This document shows positions 30,498 through 44,224 of a DNA stretch of 64,000 nt, piece after piece. Where the stretch lies: contig OZ024740.1 of the NCBI GenBank assembly GCA_964016885.1, forward strand, positions 283,588,001-283,652,000, written 5' to 3'. The notes under the pieces are model-generated. The model was not told the DNA's origin. It saw nothing but the letters and a program-made list of their open reading frames with translations, and did no database searches. The DNA comes from Eledone cirrhosa (lineage: Eukaryota). The number at the start of each line of letters is the position of its first letter. Position 1 is the stretch's first letter. A program made the position numbers and the translations under genes.

Positions 30498-33400
30498 CTA
30501 CAGAACAATGTAGAGAGAAGGCCCATTTACACGGGCCATTCTCGCTTCTTTCACCCACCTTTCATAAAACTGTCTGGGACCAAGCACTTCTCTCTCCATC
30601 CTGATTCTTCTTCCGAAGTGGTATCGGAAGAAGTAAACCATGTGATGGCCGGAGAGAAAGTCACCCGACCTCAGACCTTTCAGGCGCGTCCACCACACAA
30701 CCTCTTTCATCATGGCTATTACGCACAGAAAGACCGCCTCTGCTTCATTTCTGAAGGGAGGAGGCGGCTTGATGTTCACCACAGACTCGGCGGTTAATCG
30801 AATCGGCGCCACACGCGACAGCAGTCGTTCGACGTAGCCCCACAGATCGGCAACGCCCGGGCAGTGTACCAGTGCATGCGCAACGGTTTCCTCGTCGCGC
30901 ACGCATCTGGGACAGATCTTTTTCGCGGGATCCCTGCCCGGGCGCCCGTGTCTGTAGAGCTTTTCTCGAACGGGCAGAGCCCCCCGGTAACACTGCCAGG
31001 CTAGGGACCTCTGGAAGTTGTCCATGGGTCCCGGGCCGAAAGTTCTACCGAACAGGCTGGCCAGTTCGTCCTCCTCCATGCCTAGCGACTCTCCAAGGGT
31101 GTCGTCGCCCCTGCTAGCCACCAACCCTCTATAGAATGTTGAGGTGGATTCTCCACTGACAGTCGGGTCCGCTTGCCAGATAGCCGTGAGCGCCTGGGCA
31201 CACTCAGTGTGCCAGTTGCCCAGTTTTCTCGGTCTTTGCTTCACCCAGGATTGCAGTTCGGTGAGCGAGACGAGCTGTGGGAAGGCTCGCCTCACAAACG
31301 GGGCCCACACCGGCTGACCGTTGAGGAATACCTGTAGATGCCGTAGCCTCAATGCGTGCCTACGCATCAACAGCCACGGCATACCCAGCCCTCCTTTCGA
31401 AGGGTGCTGGCAGCAGATGGATCTCCTCACCATGGGAGGCCGCTTCTTCCAGAGGAACTGGAAGAGCATGCGTTCCATGATGGTGAGCTTTTCCTTGGGG
31501 CAAGGCACGACGGTCAGGCGGTAGTAGATGACGGACGCTATGTAAGCGTTCGTCACCTCCGCCCGACCTTTCAGTGATAGTTTGCACTTGGCCCACTTCT
31601 GGGTCAGCGCAAACACCCTGCTCGTCACCTCGCCCCAATTCTTCTCCACCTGGAGGTCCGGTCCGAACCAGACCCCGAGCAGCTTCACCGGGCCCTCCGT
31701 CCACCGCCCGACGACACCGTCTAACGGCATCGGTTTGCCCCTCCACGTTCCGAGTTGCAAACCGACTGACTTGTCCTGGTTCAGCTTAGCCCCCGTCAGC
31801 CTTTCGTATTCCTCCAGTAGGGTGGCGATCGCCCCGATTTCCGAGGCGTCCGCCACCATTACTGTTACGTCGTCGGCATAGGCCGAGACCGCTTTGTGCA
31901 ATCCCGGTTCCAGGGGTATGCCCCGCAGCAACTCCAACTTCCGCAGCAGTGGCTCGAGAGTCAATACGTACAGAAGGGAGGAGAGGGGGCACCCCTGTCT
32001 GATGGATCGGGTGATTTGAAACGGCTCCGAGAGGTAGCCGTTTACTTTAATCCTAGAGTAGATGTTGCCACTGTGCATGGCAGAAATCCAGCCCCTGAAA
32101 ACGGGTCCGAAGCCCGCCGCCGCTAGCACCGCATCCAGGTAACCATGGTCGACCCTATCGAACGCCTTAGATTGATCCAAGTTGATCAGGGCCCCACCAA
32201 AGCCGGGTTCGTAGCCAACCCTCTCTATGATGTATCGCATGAGGTGGAGGTTGTCGTGAATGGACCTGGACGGGATAGCGCATGTCTGCGCGTCTCCCAC
32301 CAAACCACCCACCACAAGTGCCAACCTCTTCGCCAACACCTTGGCCAAAATCTGTAACTCTGCATTCAGCAGAGTTATGGGCCTAAAGTTACTTAAGTCG
32401 TCCCCCTTGCTCTCGTCCTTCCTCACTAGCGTGACCACGCCCTTGGTCACAGAACAGGGAATTCTCCCGTTCTGTTGCCAGTTGCAATAGACAGCCTCGA
32501 GGAGTTCGGAGAACAAGACCGGCATAGCCAAATAAAGTTCGTATGGTAGACCATCGAGACCCGGGGATTTGCGTCTGCTGCATTGGCTGAGCGCTTCTCC
32601 GATTTCAGTGGCTGTGATTGGCCCTTCGCAGCACTCCGCTTCGCCGCTCGAAAGACGCGGTAGACCGTCGAGGTATGGACCGAAGTCCACATCCCCGTCC
32701 GGCCCCCCGCCACCTCCGAACAGTCGAGCAAAGTGCCTTTGAAAGGTCTCGCACATTCGCTCAGGTTCAAGGATCACCCGTCCATCCTGGTCTCGCAAAG
32801 ACCGAATGGTGGATTTAATCCCACTCTTGGCTTCTGTCACGCGGGCCCAGCTAACAGCTTTGGTCCCCTCGTTTCCTAAAGCACGTATTTTACTTCGGAC
32901 AACGCAGCCTTCGTGCTTCGTGTCAAAGAACTGGCTCAATGCCGTTCTCGTCGCTAACACTCTGGCTACGTCTCCGCTCCTAATCGCCTCTTCTAGTTTA
33001 TCTGTTAACTCCCTTTCCCTCCTATTTCTATTCGCCGCTAGTTCCTTACTGTAACCTATCGAACTTACTCTAATCTCTCTCTTTAGAGATATCCACCACC
33101 TACTGTTGACGATCGCTCCCGTCAACCGCATCTTAACTAAGCTACTAATCCGGTTTCTGTAATCTTTCTTTGTCGGTAAGGACAAGTTCATCTTCCAGTA
33201 ACCGGGACCCTGTCTATGCGTTCTATCAAGGTTGACCACGCAGGTCACTAATTTGTGATCTGAATAGCCAACCATGATCAGTTCTGGACAACTAAATACG
33301 TCCCTATCCTTACTCCTAACCAAAAACCTATCTAGGTACGATCTAGATTGTCCACTGCGGTTTGCCCAGGTCCAGGTTGGCGCAGTTGGACAATCTAGTC

Positions 33401-33926
33401 GAAATCTATCGACCAGGTCGAATCGATCGAGTAACCCCTTGAGGCTGCTACACCCCCCTCTATCGGGACATGCCCCTGCATAGTCCCAACGCGCATCTAG
33501 GATTCCATTCCAGTCCCCCACTAAAAGCAGGGAACGCGACGTTCCTAGAAAAGTCTCCAGACGTTGGAAGAAGTCGGCTCTCTCCGCCCCGAAGGGAGCA
33601 TAAAGACCGACCAGTCTGAAAGCCCCGCCTTCACCACCTCCGACGTCCAGCACCAGTAATCGACCCCCCGGGTCCGAGTGAACAATCTGTACGTCGAGAG
33701 TTAGACGTTTATCCAGCAGTACGGCAACTCCCCCCCCGCCTCCGGGTTGACAGAGAGATGCGTGCATCTCAAAGTCATCGAAGGCGGGCGCCAGCTGTCT
33801 CACGCTGCTGATCCGACTCTCGCAAACAACCATCACATCTATACTTTGTGACCTGAGGTCACTTAGAAGCTTTGCTTGCTTCCAAGCTGAGCTCAGGCCA
33901 CGCGCGTTCAAACAGCCAACTCTCAA
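30498..33926 (-). CDS. Tx1-type ORF2: AP endonuclease, reverse transcriptase, C-terminal zinc finger
   Basis: 1142 aa. APE motifs CLNARGL, VCES, GLYAP, GDWN, SYLDRF, YSDH; RT motifs KSPGLDG, FRPITLLN, DQSKAFD, IRQGCPLS, AYADD, LLGV; CPRC..H....C zinc finger. Listed start is TTG, not ATG. Confidence 0.95.
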   Translation of the reverse strand: MRVGCLNARGLSSAWKQAKLLSDLRSQSIDVMVVCESRISSVRQLAPAFDDFEMHASLCQPGGGGGVAVLLDKRLTLDVQIVHSDPGGRLLVLDVGGGEGGAFRLVGLYAPFGAERADFFQRLETFLGTSRSLLLVGDWNGILDARWDYAGACPDRGGCSSLKGLLDRFDLVDRFRLDCPTAPTWTWANRSGQSRSYLDRFLVRSKDRDVFSCPELIMVGYSDHKLVTCVVNLDRTHRQGPGYWKMNLSLPTKKDYRNRISSLVKMRLTGAIVNSRWWISLKREIRVSSIGYSKELAANRNRRERELTDKLEEAIRSGDVARVLATRTALSQFFDTKHEGCVVRSKIRALGNEGTKAVSWARVTEAKSGIKSTIRSLRDQDGRVILEPERMCETFQRHFARLFGGGGGPDGDVDFGPYLDGLPRLSSGEAECCEGPITATEIGEALSQCSRRKSPGLDGLPYELYLAMPVLFSELLEAVYCNWQQNGRIPCSVTKGVVTLVRKDESKGDDLSNFRPITLLNAELQILAKVLAKRLALVVGGLVGDAQTCAIPSRSIHDNLHLMRYIIERVGYEPGFGGALINLDQSKAFDRVDHGYLDAVLAAAGFGPVFRGWISAMHSGNIYSRIKVNGYLSEPFQITRSIRQGCPLSSLLYVLTLEPLLRKLELLRGIPLEPGLHKAVSAYADDVTVMVADASEIGAIATLLEEYERLTGAKLNQDKSVGLQLGTWRGKPMPLDGVVGRWTEGPVKLLGVWFGPDLQVEKNWGEVTSRVFALTQKWAKCKLSLKGRAEVTNAYIASVIYYRLTVVPCPKEKLTIMERMLFQFLWKKRPPMVRRSICCQHPSKGGLGMPWLLMRRHALRLRHLQVFLNGQPVWAPFVRRAFPQLVSLTELQSWVKQRPRKLGNWHTECAQALTAIWQADPTVSGESTSTFYRGLVASRGDDTLGESLGMEEDELASLFGRTFGPGPMDNFQRSLAWQCYRGALPVREKLYRHGRPGRDPAKKICPRCVRDEETVAHALVHCPGVADLWGYVERLLSRVAPIRLTAESVVNIKPPPPFRNEAEAVFLCVIAMMKEVVWWTRLKGLRSGDFLSGHHMVYFFRYHFGRRIRMEREVLGPRQFYERWVKEARMARVNGPSLYIVL

Positions 33927-33931
33927 TTGAT

Positions 33932-35767
33932 CTATTTTGGTGTTGAAAGTGAAGAAAGAAAAGCACTTACCTCTCCGGGTTGCGTAATTTCCATGGCATC
34001 AGGTGTGTTGGGTGGAGGGATGTTTTGTGGTGGTGTGGGGGTACACGTGTGTGGTGGGGTTGGGGTATTTGGAGTTGTGTCAGGGAGAGGGGCGGTTATG
34101 GGGAAATCTTTCAAGAGGACGCGATTCAACGGTTTTAAACAGGGGGGGCTCACGTCCCGTCTAAATTGTTCTTTTAAGGAACGATAAAGGTCCAGAGGGA
34201 CCTTTATCATTTTTAAATGGGTGAAGTTCTCTGTTGAGATAAAGTTTGGCCCTTCGGTCTGCACCATAGGGTTATTGTTTATTAATTTAACCAGTTTTTT
34301 GTTTTCTTTATTTATATATGTGTATTGCAACGTCTTTTTTTGTGATGCTGTCAATGTTTCGGAGAGGGGAGGCGCAGATTTATTTTTGTTTGTTGAGGGT
34401 GGGGTGTTTTTGATTGGAGTTGGTGTTTGTGTGTGGGTTATTTGTGGTGTGCTGGGTGTGTGTTTTCTTTTTTTTCTTTTAACTTGTCTGAAGGCTTCTC
34501 CTCCTTCTTCTTCAGAAGTTGGGGGAAACTCTTCAGCGCTAGGTGGGAGGGACGTGTTGTGTGGTTGTTTTTTTTTTGCGGGAGGGGTAGATTTGTTACT
34601 GTTTTTTTTATTATTTGTTTGGAATGGGTTTTGTGGTGGTGGTGGTGGTAATGTTTGTGTCGTGCTTGTGGTTGGTAATGGTGGTGGTGATGTTTGTGTT
34701 GTGGTTGGTGGTGGTGATTTTTGTGTCGTGCTTGTGTTTGGTGCTGGTGGTGGTGATGTTTGTGTTGTGTTTGTGGTTGGTGGTGTCTGTATTTTGTTTG
34801 CTGTGTGTGGTATTAGTGTATTTTTGGAGGTGGGTGGTGCTGGTGTACTGTTTGTGGTGGGTGTGGGCAATAGTCCTTTTTGGGGGATACGTTTCGGGCA
34901 GTTAGCCTTAACGTGTCCCCTTTCCATGCATAAATAGCATGCTGGTCTTCTCCCCTCTACAATTATGTCTATTGGGGTAAGGTCATCCAGCCAGATGCGA
35001 TCCGGGATTTGTGCTATTCTTTCGGGCCTCATTTGGACTAGTATGTCGAGGCCCATTCCCAGGAACGCATCTCCAGTTGCCTTCCCCATTGACAGCATAG
35101 TGTCTTCGCCCATATCAATGAAGCCAGCAATAGCCCACCAGAAGTCCATTGTGGGCAGCATTGTTTTTACTTTTACCCTCTGTGTTCTTCTACCCATGTA
35201 GGAGGGATAGAAGCTATATGTTGTCGACGAGAGTGGGCTTAGGGAAAGCTGAACCGCCGTTTCTTTGTCTCTTGTTAGGACCGAAATGCTGCCATAGAGT
35301 CGGTCCTTTCGTATGAAGAGAATATTCTTCATATAGTCTTTTAGGACTAACTCTATTTCCATTTGGCTGGGCTGTGCTGGCTTTCTTGACTGGTTTAGTA
35401 TAGTTCTGTATATAACTGTGTTTTCTTCTCTGGCTTTCTTGAATTCTGGGGGGGAGTTAATGGAAAACATTCCGTTCTCTCCCAAAACAATATGTTTCTT
35501 TGCTTCGGCCAGTTTTTCTCTGGCGGCAGTTAGGTCAATTGGTGTGTATGTAATGGATTGCTTTGTTTTCTGGGCGAAAGTTGCCCTGTCGTTATTTGTA
35601 TTATTTTCTGTTTGTTTGTTTTCTGTTTGCTCATTTTCCTTAACATTTGTTTTTTCATTTTGTTTGTTTGTTTCAATGTCTAATTTTGTTGTAATTATTT
35701 TTTGTTCTTCAGACTTGGGGGGCGTGGCAGAGCTAATGGCAGACATGTCTGCCATCTTTTCCGCCAT
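33932..35767 (-). CDS. Tx1-type ORF1 (gag-like nucleic-acid-binding protein)
   Basis: Open frame with first ATG at 35767 (MAEKMADMS); CCHC knuckle CYLCMERGHVKANC; Pro/Thr-rich linker with TTQTSPPP repeats; basic patch FRQVKRKKRK; directly upstream of ORF2. Confidence 0.9.
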   Translation of the reverse strand: MAEKMADMSAISSATPPKSEEQKIITTKLDIETNKQNEKTNVKENEQTENKQTENNTNNDRATFAQKTKQSITYTPIDLTAAREKLAEAKKHIVLGENGMFSINSPPEFKKAREENTVIYRTILNQSRKPAQPSQMEIELVLKDYMKNILFIRKDRLYGSISVLTRDKETAVQLSLSPLSSTTYSFYPSYMGRRTQRVKVKTMLPTMDFWWAIAGFIDMGEDTMLSMGKATGDAFLGMGLDILVQMRPERIAQIPDRIWLDDLTPIDIIVEGRRPACYLCMERGHVKANCPKRIPQKGLLPTPTTNSTPAPPTSKNTLIPHTANKIQTPPTTNTTQTSPPPAPNTSTTQKSPPPTTTQTSPPPLPTTSTTQTLPPPPPQNPFQTNNKKNSNKSTPPAKKKQPHNTSLPPSAEEFPPTSEEEGGEAFRQVKRKKRKHTPSTPQITHTQTPTPIKNTPPSTNKNKSAPPLSETLTASQKKTLQYTYINKENKKLVKLINNNPMVQTEGPNFISTENFTHLKMIKVPLDLYRSLKEQFRRDVSPPCLKPLNRVLLKDFPITAPLPDTTPNTPTPPHTCTPTPPQNIPPPNTPDAMEITQPGEVSAFLSSLSTPK

Positions 35768-36004
35768 GCTGCCAAGAAAGAAATTTTTCGGCAAAAATAG
35801 ATATTTATTTTTATTTTACCCCCTAAAAAGGGGGTAAATGCAAAAATGTTTCCCTAAATAACAGGGGTTAGTGTTCCAAATGTGTTGCACTAAAAATTTT
35901 ATCCGGTACTTACAATAGTAAGGGTAAATCCCGATGGAATAGCGGAGCCGATGCGAAGCGTGTCTTACTCTATCAAGATAGATAGATAGATAGATAGATA
36001 GATA

Positions 36005-36185
36005 AGTTTCTTTATTTGCCACAAGGGCACAAAAGATTGGTTCAAATACAAGGGGGGGGGTTTACATACATTTAAGGGTTTACATACATTTAAAGGACGT
36101 GTAAAAAATGTAACAAATAAAATTAAACAATCGAAGTCCTCAATAGGGAGGGGGCGTTGACGTGGGTCGCCCCCCCCCCCCCCCC
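36005..36185 (-). mobile_element. 5'-truncated 3'UTR fragment of a related Tx1-type element in the same GATA array
   Basis: tttatttgccacaagggcacaaaaga...agtcctcaatagggagggggcgt matches the full element 3'UTR (30274-30402); (GATA)n on both sides. Confidence 0.85.
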
Positions 36186-36220
<35 letters not shown>

Positions 36221-36398
36221 GGATAGATAGAGTAGGGTGTGCATTAAGAGAGAGGTGGGAGATATAGATAGAGTTTGAGATAGGGAGAAAAAGAGAGCTT
36301 GATCTAGTGAGATAGATGGAGAGAGAGAGAGATAGGGAGTGAGAGAGATATAGGGAGCGAGAGAGAGATAGAGAGAGAGAGTGAGAGAGAGAGGGGGG

Positions 36399-36468
<70 letters not shown>

Positions 36469-36763
36469 AATGTTAAAGTTATCTCTGTGCAATTCCTTAT
36501 TATCACTGAACGACCATTTTGGATGGAATGTACTAAAAATCAGGTCATCCACGCCGTCAATAACATCATCTTGATTGTCATCATCTTTATCACCATTACT
36601 ATCCTCATCATTATCGTTATTTTCATCGTCATCATCCTAATTAGAATCATCTTTATCGTCATCACCATCATCTTCCTTTTCTTCTTTCTCCTCGTTTTCC
36701 TACTACTACTATTACTACTGCTACTATTACTACTGCTACTATTACTACTGCTACTACATCATT

Positions 36764-36809
<46 letters not shown>

Positions 36810-36832
36810 ACAGCAGCATCATCATTATTATC

Positions 36833-36990
36833 TTGGCAGTGTCGGTAGAGTTACGGCCCTTGCCATTCTGAGTTCAAATCCCGCCGAGGTTGACTTTGCC
36901 TTTCATCCTTACGGGGGTCTATAAAATAAAGTACCAGTAATGTACTGGGGTAATTGCTGGCCTTGTGCCAATAGTAGAAACAATTATTAT
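36833..36990 (+). mobile_element. tRNA-derived SINE with internal deletion
   Basis: Match to family; ggtagag joined directly to ttacggcc. Confidence 0.85.
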
Positions 36991-37184
36991 CATCCATCAT
37001 CGCCATCATCATCACCATCACCATCATCACCACTGTCGTTATCAGTGTAGTTGCTGTTTGTTGTCACCGACGCCATCTTTACAATCTGTCATTAAACCAA
37101 TTCCAATCCGCCGCCATTGATTTCTATTTCTGCTTGAGAAATGTACACGTTGTTGTTTCTCAGGCTCTTATTGTCTTTCTCACT

Positions 37185-37252
37185 GTTGTTGTTGGTGTTG
37201 GTGTTGTTGTTGTTGTTGTTGTTGTTGTTGTAATTGCTGTTGCTGCTGCTGC

Positions 37253-37289
<37 letters not shown>

Positions 37290-37366
37290 CCTGCTGCCGT
37301 TACTGTTGTTGCTGTTGATGTTGTTGTTGTTGTTGTTGTTGTTGTTGTAATTGCTGTTGCTGCTGA

Positions 37367-37417
<51 letters not shown>

Positions 37418-37594
37418 AATTGTTGTTGCAATTTTGTTGCTGCTGTTGTTGTTGTTGTTGTTGCTTTTGACGTTGTGTTTTCTCTTGTCGTTTAGTCTGC
37501 TTGTTTTTCTCTCTTATCTCTTTCTCTTCTTTCACGATGAAAGCTGATTTCAACTGAATACTACAAACACTAATAACTACCATCATTTTAGACC

Positions 37595-37659
<65 letters not shown>

Positions 37660-39200
37660 GGGTGTGGGTTGTGGTAGTTGTACCTACGACTACATTATTC
37701 CAATGAGTCCTTGCTGGGGTTATTTACGACGACAGGGTGTAATTTGAGGGTGATTTCGTTGCTATATCTAGCAGAGTATCATATGATGTTGTTATCTCTC
37801 ACTGATAATTTATGATGATTATGGTTAAAGTTATGCATCTGTTACTGTTGTTGTTGTTGTTGCTGTTGTTACTGTTATTGCGGTTGTTGTTTTTGTTATT
37901 GTTGTTGTTGCTGTTTTTGTAACTGCTGCTGTTGTTGTTGTTGTTGCTGTTTTTGTAACTGCTGCTGTTGTTGGTTTTATTTGATATTTGTATGGTTGTT
38001 GTTATTGTTATTGTTATTAATAAGTGTTCCGCTAACCGGAAGTGTTGACATTTGATAATTTTAAAGAAGTGAATTTTAAAGATTAAGCTATAAAATATAT
38101 TTAATCAACAGCCACGAAATTTAGCACATAAATTATGTAATATTCATTCATTATTTATGAATTTATGAATAGGGCGATGGATTGGCAGTAACGGTAGAGA
38201 GTCGGACGTCATGCTTTCCAGCATAGTTACGTCCCTTTGCGGTCTGAGTTCAAATCCCGCCGAAGTTAACTTTGCCTTTCATCCTTACGGGATCGATAAA
38301 ATAAAGTACCAGTAATGTACTGGGATAATTGCTAGCCTAGTGCCAAAAGTAGAAATAATTATTTATTCAAAATAATCCAAATTATTTTACAAACGCGGTA
38401 AAAAAATATATTCTGAACGCAATCCCGCAGACCTTCCTTTATTATAGTTAAGATTGTTAGTTGTTATTGTCATTGTTGTTGTTGTTGTAGTGGTGGTGGT
38501 GGCGTTGGTAGATGTGGCTGCAACTGCTGCTGTGTTTCTTGCTGTGCTGTTTTTGTTGCAGCTGCAGTGGATGCAGCTTTTACTGCTGTTTTGGTTGCTG
38601 TTGTTGCTGTTGTTTTTGTTGTTTTTGTCCTTGTTATTGTGGTGGGGTGGGGGTAATTGTTGTTGTTGTGGTGGTGGTGGTGGTGGTGGTGGTGGTTGTG
38701 GTGGTGGTATTGTTGTTGTTGTTGTTATTGTTGCTGTTACAGCTTTTACTGTTGCTGTTGCTTTTGTTGTTGTTGTTGGTGGTGGTGGTGGTGGTGGTTG
38801 TAGATGTAGCTACTACTGTTGTTGTTGTTCTTGTTGTTCTTGTTGTTATTGTTGCTGTTACAGCTTTTACTGTTGCTGTTGCTTTTGTTGTTGTTGTTGG
38901 TGGTGGTGGTGGTGGTGGTAGTGGTGGTGGTGGTGGTGGTGGTTGTAGATGTAGCTACTACTGTTGTTGTTGTTGTTGTTGTTGTTATTGTTGCTGTTAC
39001 AGCTTTTACTGTTGCTGTTGCTTTTGTTGTTGTTGTTGGTGGTGGTGGTGGTGGTGGTGGTGGTGGTGGTGGTGGTGGTGGTGGTGGTGAGTGGTGGTGG
39101 TGGTGGTGGTGGTGGTGGTAGTGGTGGTGGTGGTGGTGGTGGTGGTGGTGGTGGTGGTGTAGATATACCTACTGCTGTTGTTGCTGTTGTTGTTGTTGTT
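37185..39200. repeat. (GTT)n/(GGT)n/(AGT)n microsatellite-rich zone
   Basis: Direct inspection. Confidence 0.9.
38172..38362 (+). mobile_element. tRNA-derived SINE
   Basis: Match to family consensus. Confidence 0.88.
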
Positions 39201-39569
39201 TAATGCTAGCAACGCTGCCATTTTAAAATATACTCTTTCACTTCCGTTCTTTTGCTCCCTTGTAATGTTTGGTCTTAGTCACATTTTCAAAAGATGTTTC
39301 ATCATTCTGATCATGATGTCCTGACCTTACAGGAACGCTCTCTTCTACCTCTTTGTCTGTCTGTCTGTCTCTGTCTATGGAAAGGGGATGCGCGGGTATT
39401 AAGATCACAAATTATATATGTGGATCTATGTGAATGTGTGTATATATAAACGTATGTACATTTGTATATATGTATATGTGTATGTATGTGTACGTGTGTG
39501 TATATGTGTGTACGTATGCGTATGTGCATATGTATATGTGTTTGTGCATGTATTTTTGTGTATATGTGT

Positions 39570-40436
39570 ACGCGTATTTGAGTGTGTGCGTATGTGTGTA
39601 TATGATGTATATATGTATGTGTATTTGAGTGTGTGAGTATGTGTGTATATGATGTATATATATGTATGTATGTGTATTTGAGTATGTGTGTATATGATGT
39701 ATATATGTATGTGTATTTGAGTGTGTGAGTATGTGTGTATATGATGTATATATGTATGTGTATTTGAGTGTGTGAGTATGTGTGTATATGATGTATATAT
39801 GTATGTGTATTTGAGTGTGTGAGTATGTGTGTATATGATGTATATATGTATGTGTATTTGAGTGTGTGAGTATGTGTGTATATGATGTATATATGTATGT
39901 GTATTTGAGTGTGTGAGTATGTGTGTATATGATGTATATATGTATGTGTATTTGAGTGTGTGAGTATGTGTGTATATGATGTATATATGTATGTGTATTT
40001 GAGTGTGTGAGTATGTGTGTATATGATGTATATATATGTATGCATGTGTATTTGAGTATGTGTGAGTATGTGTGTATATGATGTATATATGTATGTGTAT
40101 TTGAGTGTGTGAGTATGTGTGTATATGATGTATATATATGTATGTATGTGTATTTGAGTATGTGTGAGTATGTGTGTATATGATGTATATATGTATGTGT
40201 ATTTGAATGTGTGAGTATGTGTGTATATAATGTATATATATATGTATGTGTATTTGAGTATGTGTGAGTATGTGTGTATATGATGTGTATATGCATGTGT
40301 ATTTGAGTGTGTGAGTATGTGTGTATATGGTGTATATATGTATGTGTATTTGAGTGTGTATGTGTGTATATGTGTATGTGTATGTTTATTTGAGTGTGGG
40401 AGTATGTGTGTGAGTGTGTATTTTTGTGTATGTGTA

Positions 40437-40479
<43 letters not shown>

Positions 40480-40620
40480 ATATGGTGTATATATCTATGT
40501 GTATTTGAGTGTGTGAGTATGTGTGTATATGGTGTATATATATGTATGTGTATGTGAGTGTGTGAGTATGTGTGTATATGTGTATGTGTATTTGAGTGTG
40601 GGAGTATGTGTGTGAGTGTG
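39570..40620. repeat. 47-bp GT/AT-derived minisatellite
   Basis: Period 39720, 39767, 39814. Confidence 0.9.
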
Positions 40621-40711
40621 TATCTTTGTGTGAATGTGTGTGTGTGTATGTGTCTATGTGTCTATGTATATATATATATATATGTATGTGTGTGAGTGTG
40701 TATGTGTGTGA

Positions 40712-40747
<36 letters not shown>

Positions 40748-41081
40748 CTGTAGATTTGTTTGCTTGTGTCTCATCCCGCTTTTGTTCTTCAACAATTTCT
40801 TCATCCCTGGCCCCACGATGGCCAATACCATCACAATTCACCATAGTTACCACCAACCACCACCTCTGGCTTCAGTATCATCATCATCGTTGTCAATACC
40901 GTCATCAACGACACCCCCGCCCCCCCCCCACCACCACCACCATTAAGCCCATCTTACCTCCTCCTTCTCGTTATCATCACCATCACTACCATCTATCATC
41001 AACGTCATAATCATCAGCTCCAATTCCGCCTCCGCCACCACCACCGCCATCCTCATCATCATCACCACCGCCTCGACATCC

Positions 41082-41120
<39 letters not shown>

Positions 41121-41439
41121 CCATCACCACCATCTATCATCAACGTCATAATCATCAGCTCCAATTCCGCCGCCGTCGCCACCGCCACCGCCACCATCAT
41201 CATCACCTCACCACCACCACTATCATCATCATCATCATTACCATCATTATTGTGATAACACCTCCCCCCCCCCCGCGCCATCTCTATTGTTATCTATACT
41301 CTCACTACCACCATTGCCAATGCATCGCCATTGCTACTACCTTATATTATACAAGCTTATATTCGGAGGTGTTTTACAGAAAATGACTAAGATATTTTGA
41401 TTACTGTTCTGGAAGGGAAAGAGTCTCTTGATAAATCAT

Positions 41440-42960
<1,521 letters not shown>

Positions 42961-43363
42961 TCAATGAAAAAGCCATTCAGACAATCGTAGCTAGATAGAT
43001 GGGTAGGGAAAGCATAGCAGGGCAGAGAAAAGGGAGAGAAGTAAGGATTGTTTTGACATGTAAATGAAAAGATTTCATTAGCCTAAGTTCAAAAATCAAA
43101 ATGGCTGTCTTCATGCTTCATAATTTCGTCCATCTCATAACTTAAACCTTCGCTGAAACAACACTATATAACTACATCTCTACGCTAGTGCTTTCATATC
43201 ATCTTCTCTATAACAGCACTACTACCTACCTACAACGATACCAACACTATCATCACCACTAGTGCCAACATTGTCATCACCACCAGCACTAACATTATCA
43301 CTACCATTCCATACTTATCAACACTATGACCAACAATATTACCATTATTCTATTATAACTAAT

Positions 43364-43938
43364 GGCGGTGGATTGGCTGTATTGCTAGAGCGTCAGACAC
43401 CATGCTTTTTCAGAATAGAGTTATGGCCCTTTACGTTCTGAGTTCAAATCCCGTCGAGGGTAACTTTGCCTTTCATCCTTACGGGGGTCGATAAAATAAA
43501 GTACCAGTAATACACTGGGATAATTGCTGGCCTTGTGCCAAAAGGAGAAACAATTATTATTATTATTATTATTATTATTAGGGTAGTGGATTGGCAGTAT
43601 CAGTAGAGCGTCAGACACCACGTTTTGCAGCATAGAGTTATGGCCCTTTACGTTCCGAGCTCAAATCCTGTCGAGGTTAACTTTGTCTTTCGTCTACGGG
43701 GTCGATAAAATAAAATACCAGTAATTGCTGGCCTTGTGCCAAATGTAGAAACAATTATTTAGTCCGGTAGAGCATCAGACAACATGCTTTGCAGCATAGA
43801 GTTATGGCCCTTTACGTTCTGAGTTCAAATCCCGTCGAGGTTAAGTTTGCTTTTCATCCTTACGTGGTCGATAAAATAAAGTACCAGTAATGTACTGGGA
43901 TATTTGCTGGCCTTGTGCCTAAAGTGGAAACAGTTATT
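43364..43938 (+). mobile_element. SINE trimer within one 17-bp TSD
   Basis: Three head-to-tail copies; TTATTCTATTATAACTA at 43345-43361 and 43934-43950. Confidence 0.9.
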
Positions 43939-44224
43939 CTATTATAACTACCACCTACACTGCAACACAACAATTACCTACCATTAGTATGACCACCACA
44001 ATAAAACTTCCACATCAGTGAGAACTACTACCTAAACACCACTTGAAGCCCTACTACATCCACCATTACATGTAATGTAGCACATAACCACAACAATAGC
44101 ACTAATATAACAATGCCACTTATTCGTCAATTAAAACTACTTCTCAGATAACAACTGGAGAAGAAAAACAAAAAAGACAAACACAACCACAAAATGAAAC
44201 ACAAGCATAACAATAACTATCACA

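Larger units (their letters stand above)
30265..35976 (-). mobile_element. Apparently full-length Tx1-type (L1 clade) non-LTR retrotransposon inserted in (GATA)n
   Basis: Two long uninterrupted ORFs (gag-like ORF1, APE-RT ORF2), ~200 bp 5'UTR, 3'UTR with AATAAA (plus-strand tttatt 30274-30279); GATA arrays at 30211-30264 and 35977-36004. Confidence 0.93.

Noticed and set aside
33927-35837. Long plus-strand ORFs opposite Tx1 ORF1
   Set aside because: Antisense shadows of an A/C-rich coding strand.
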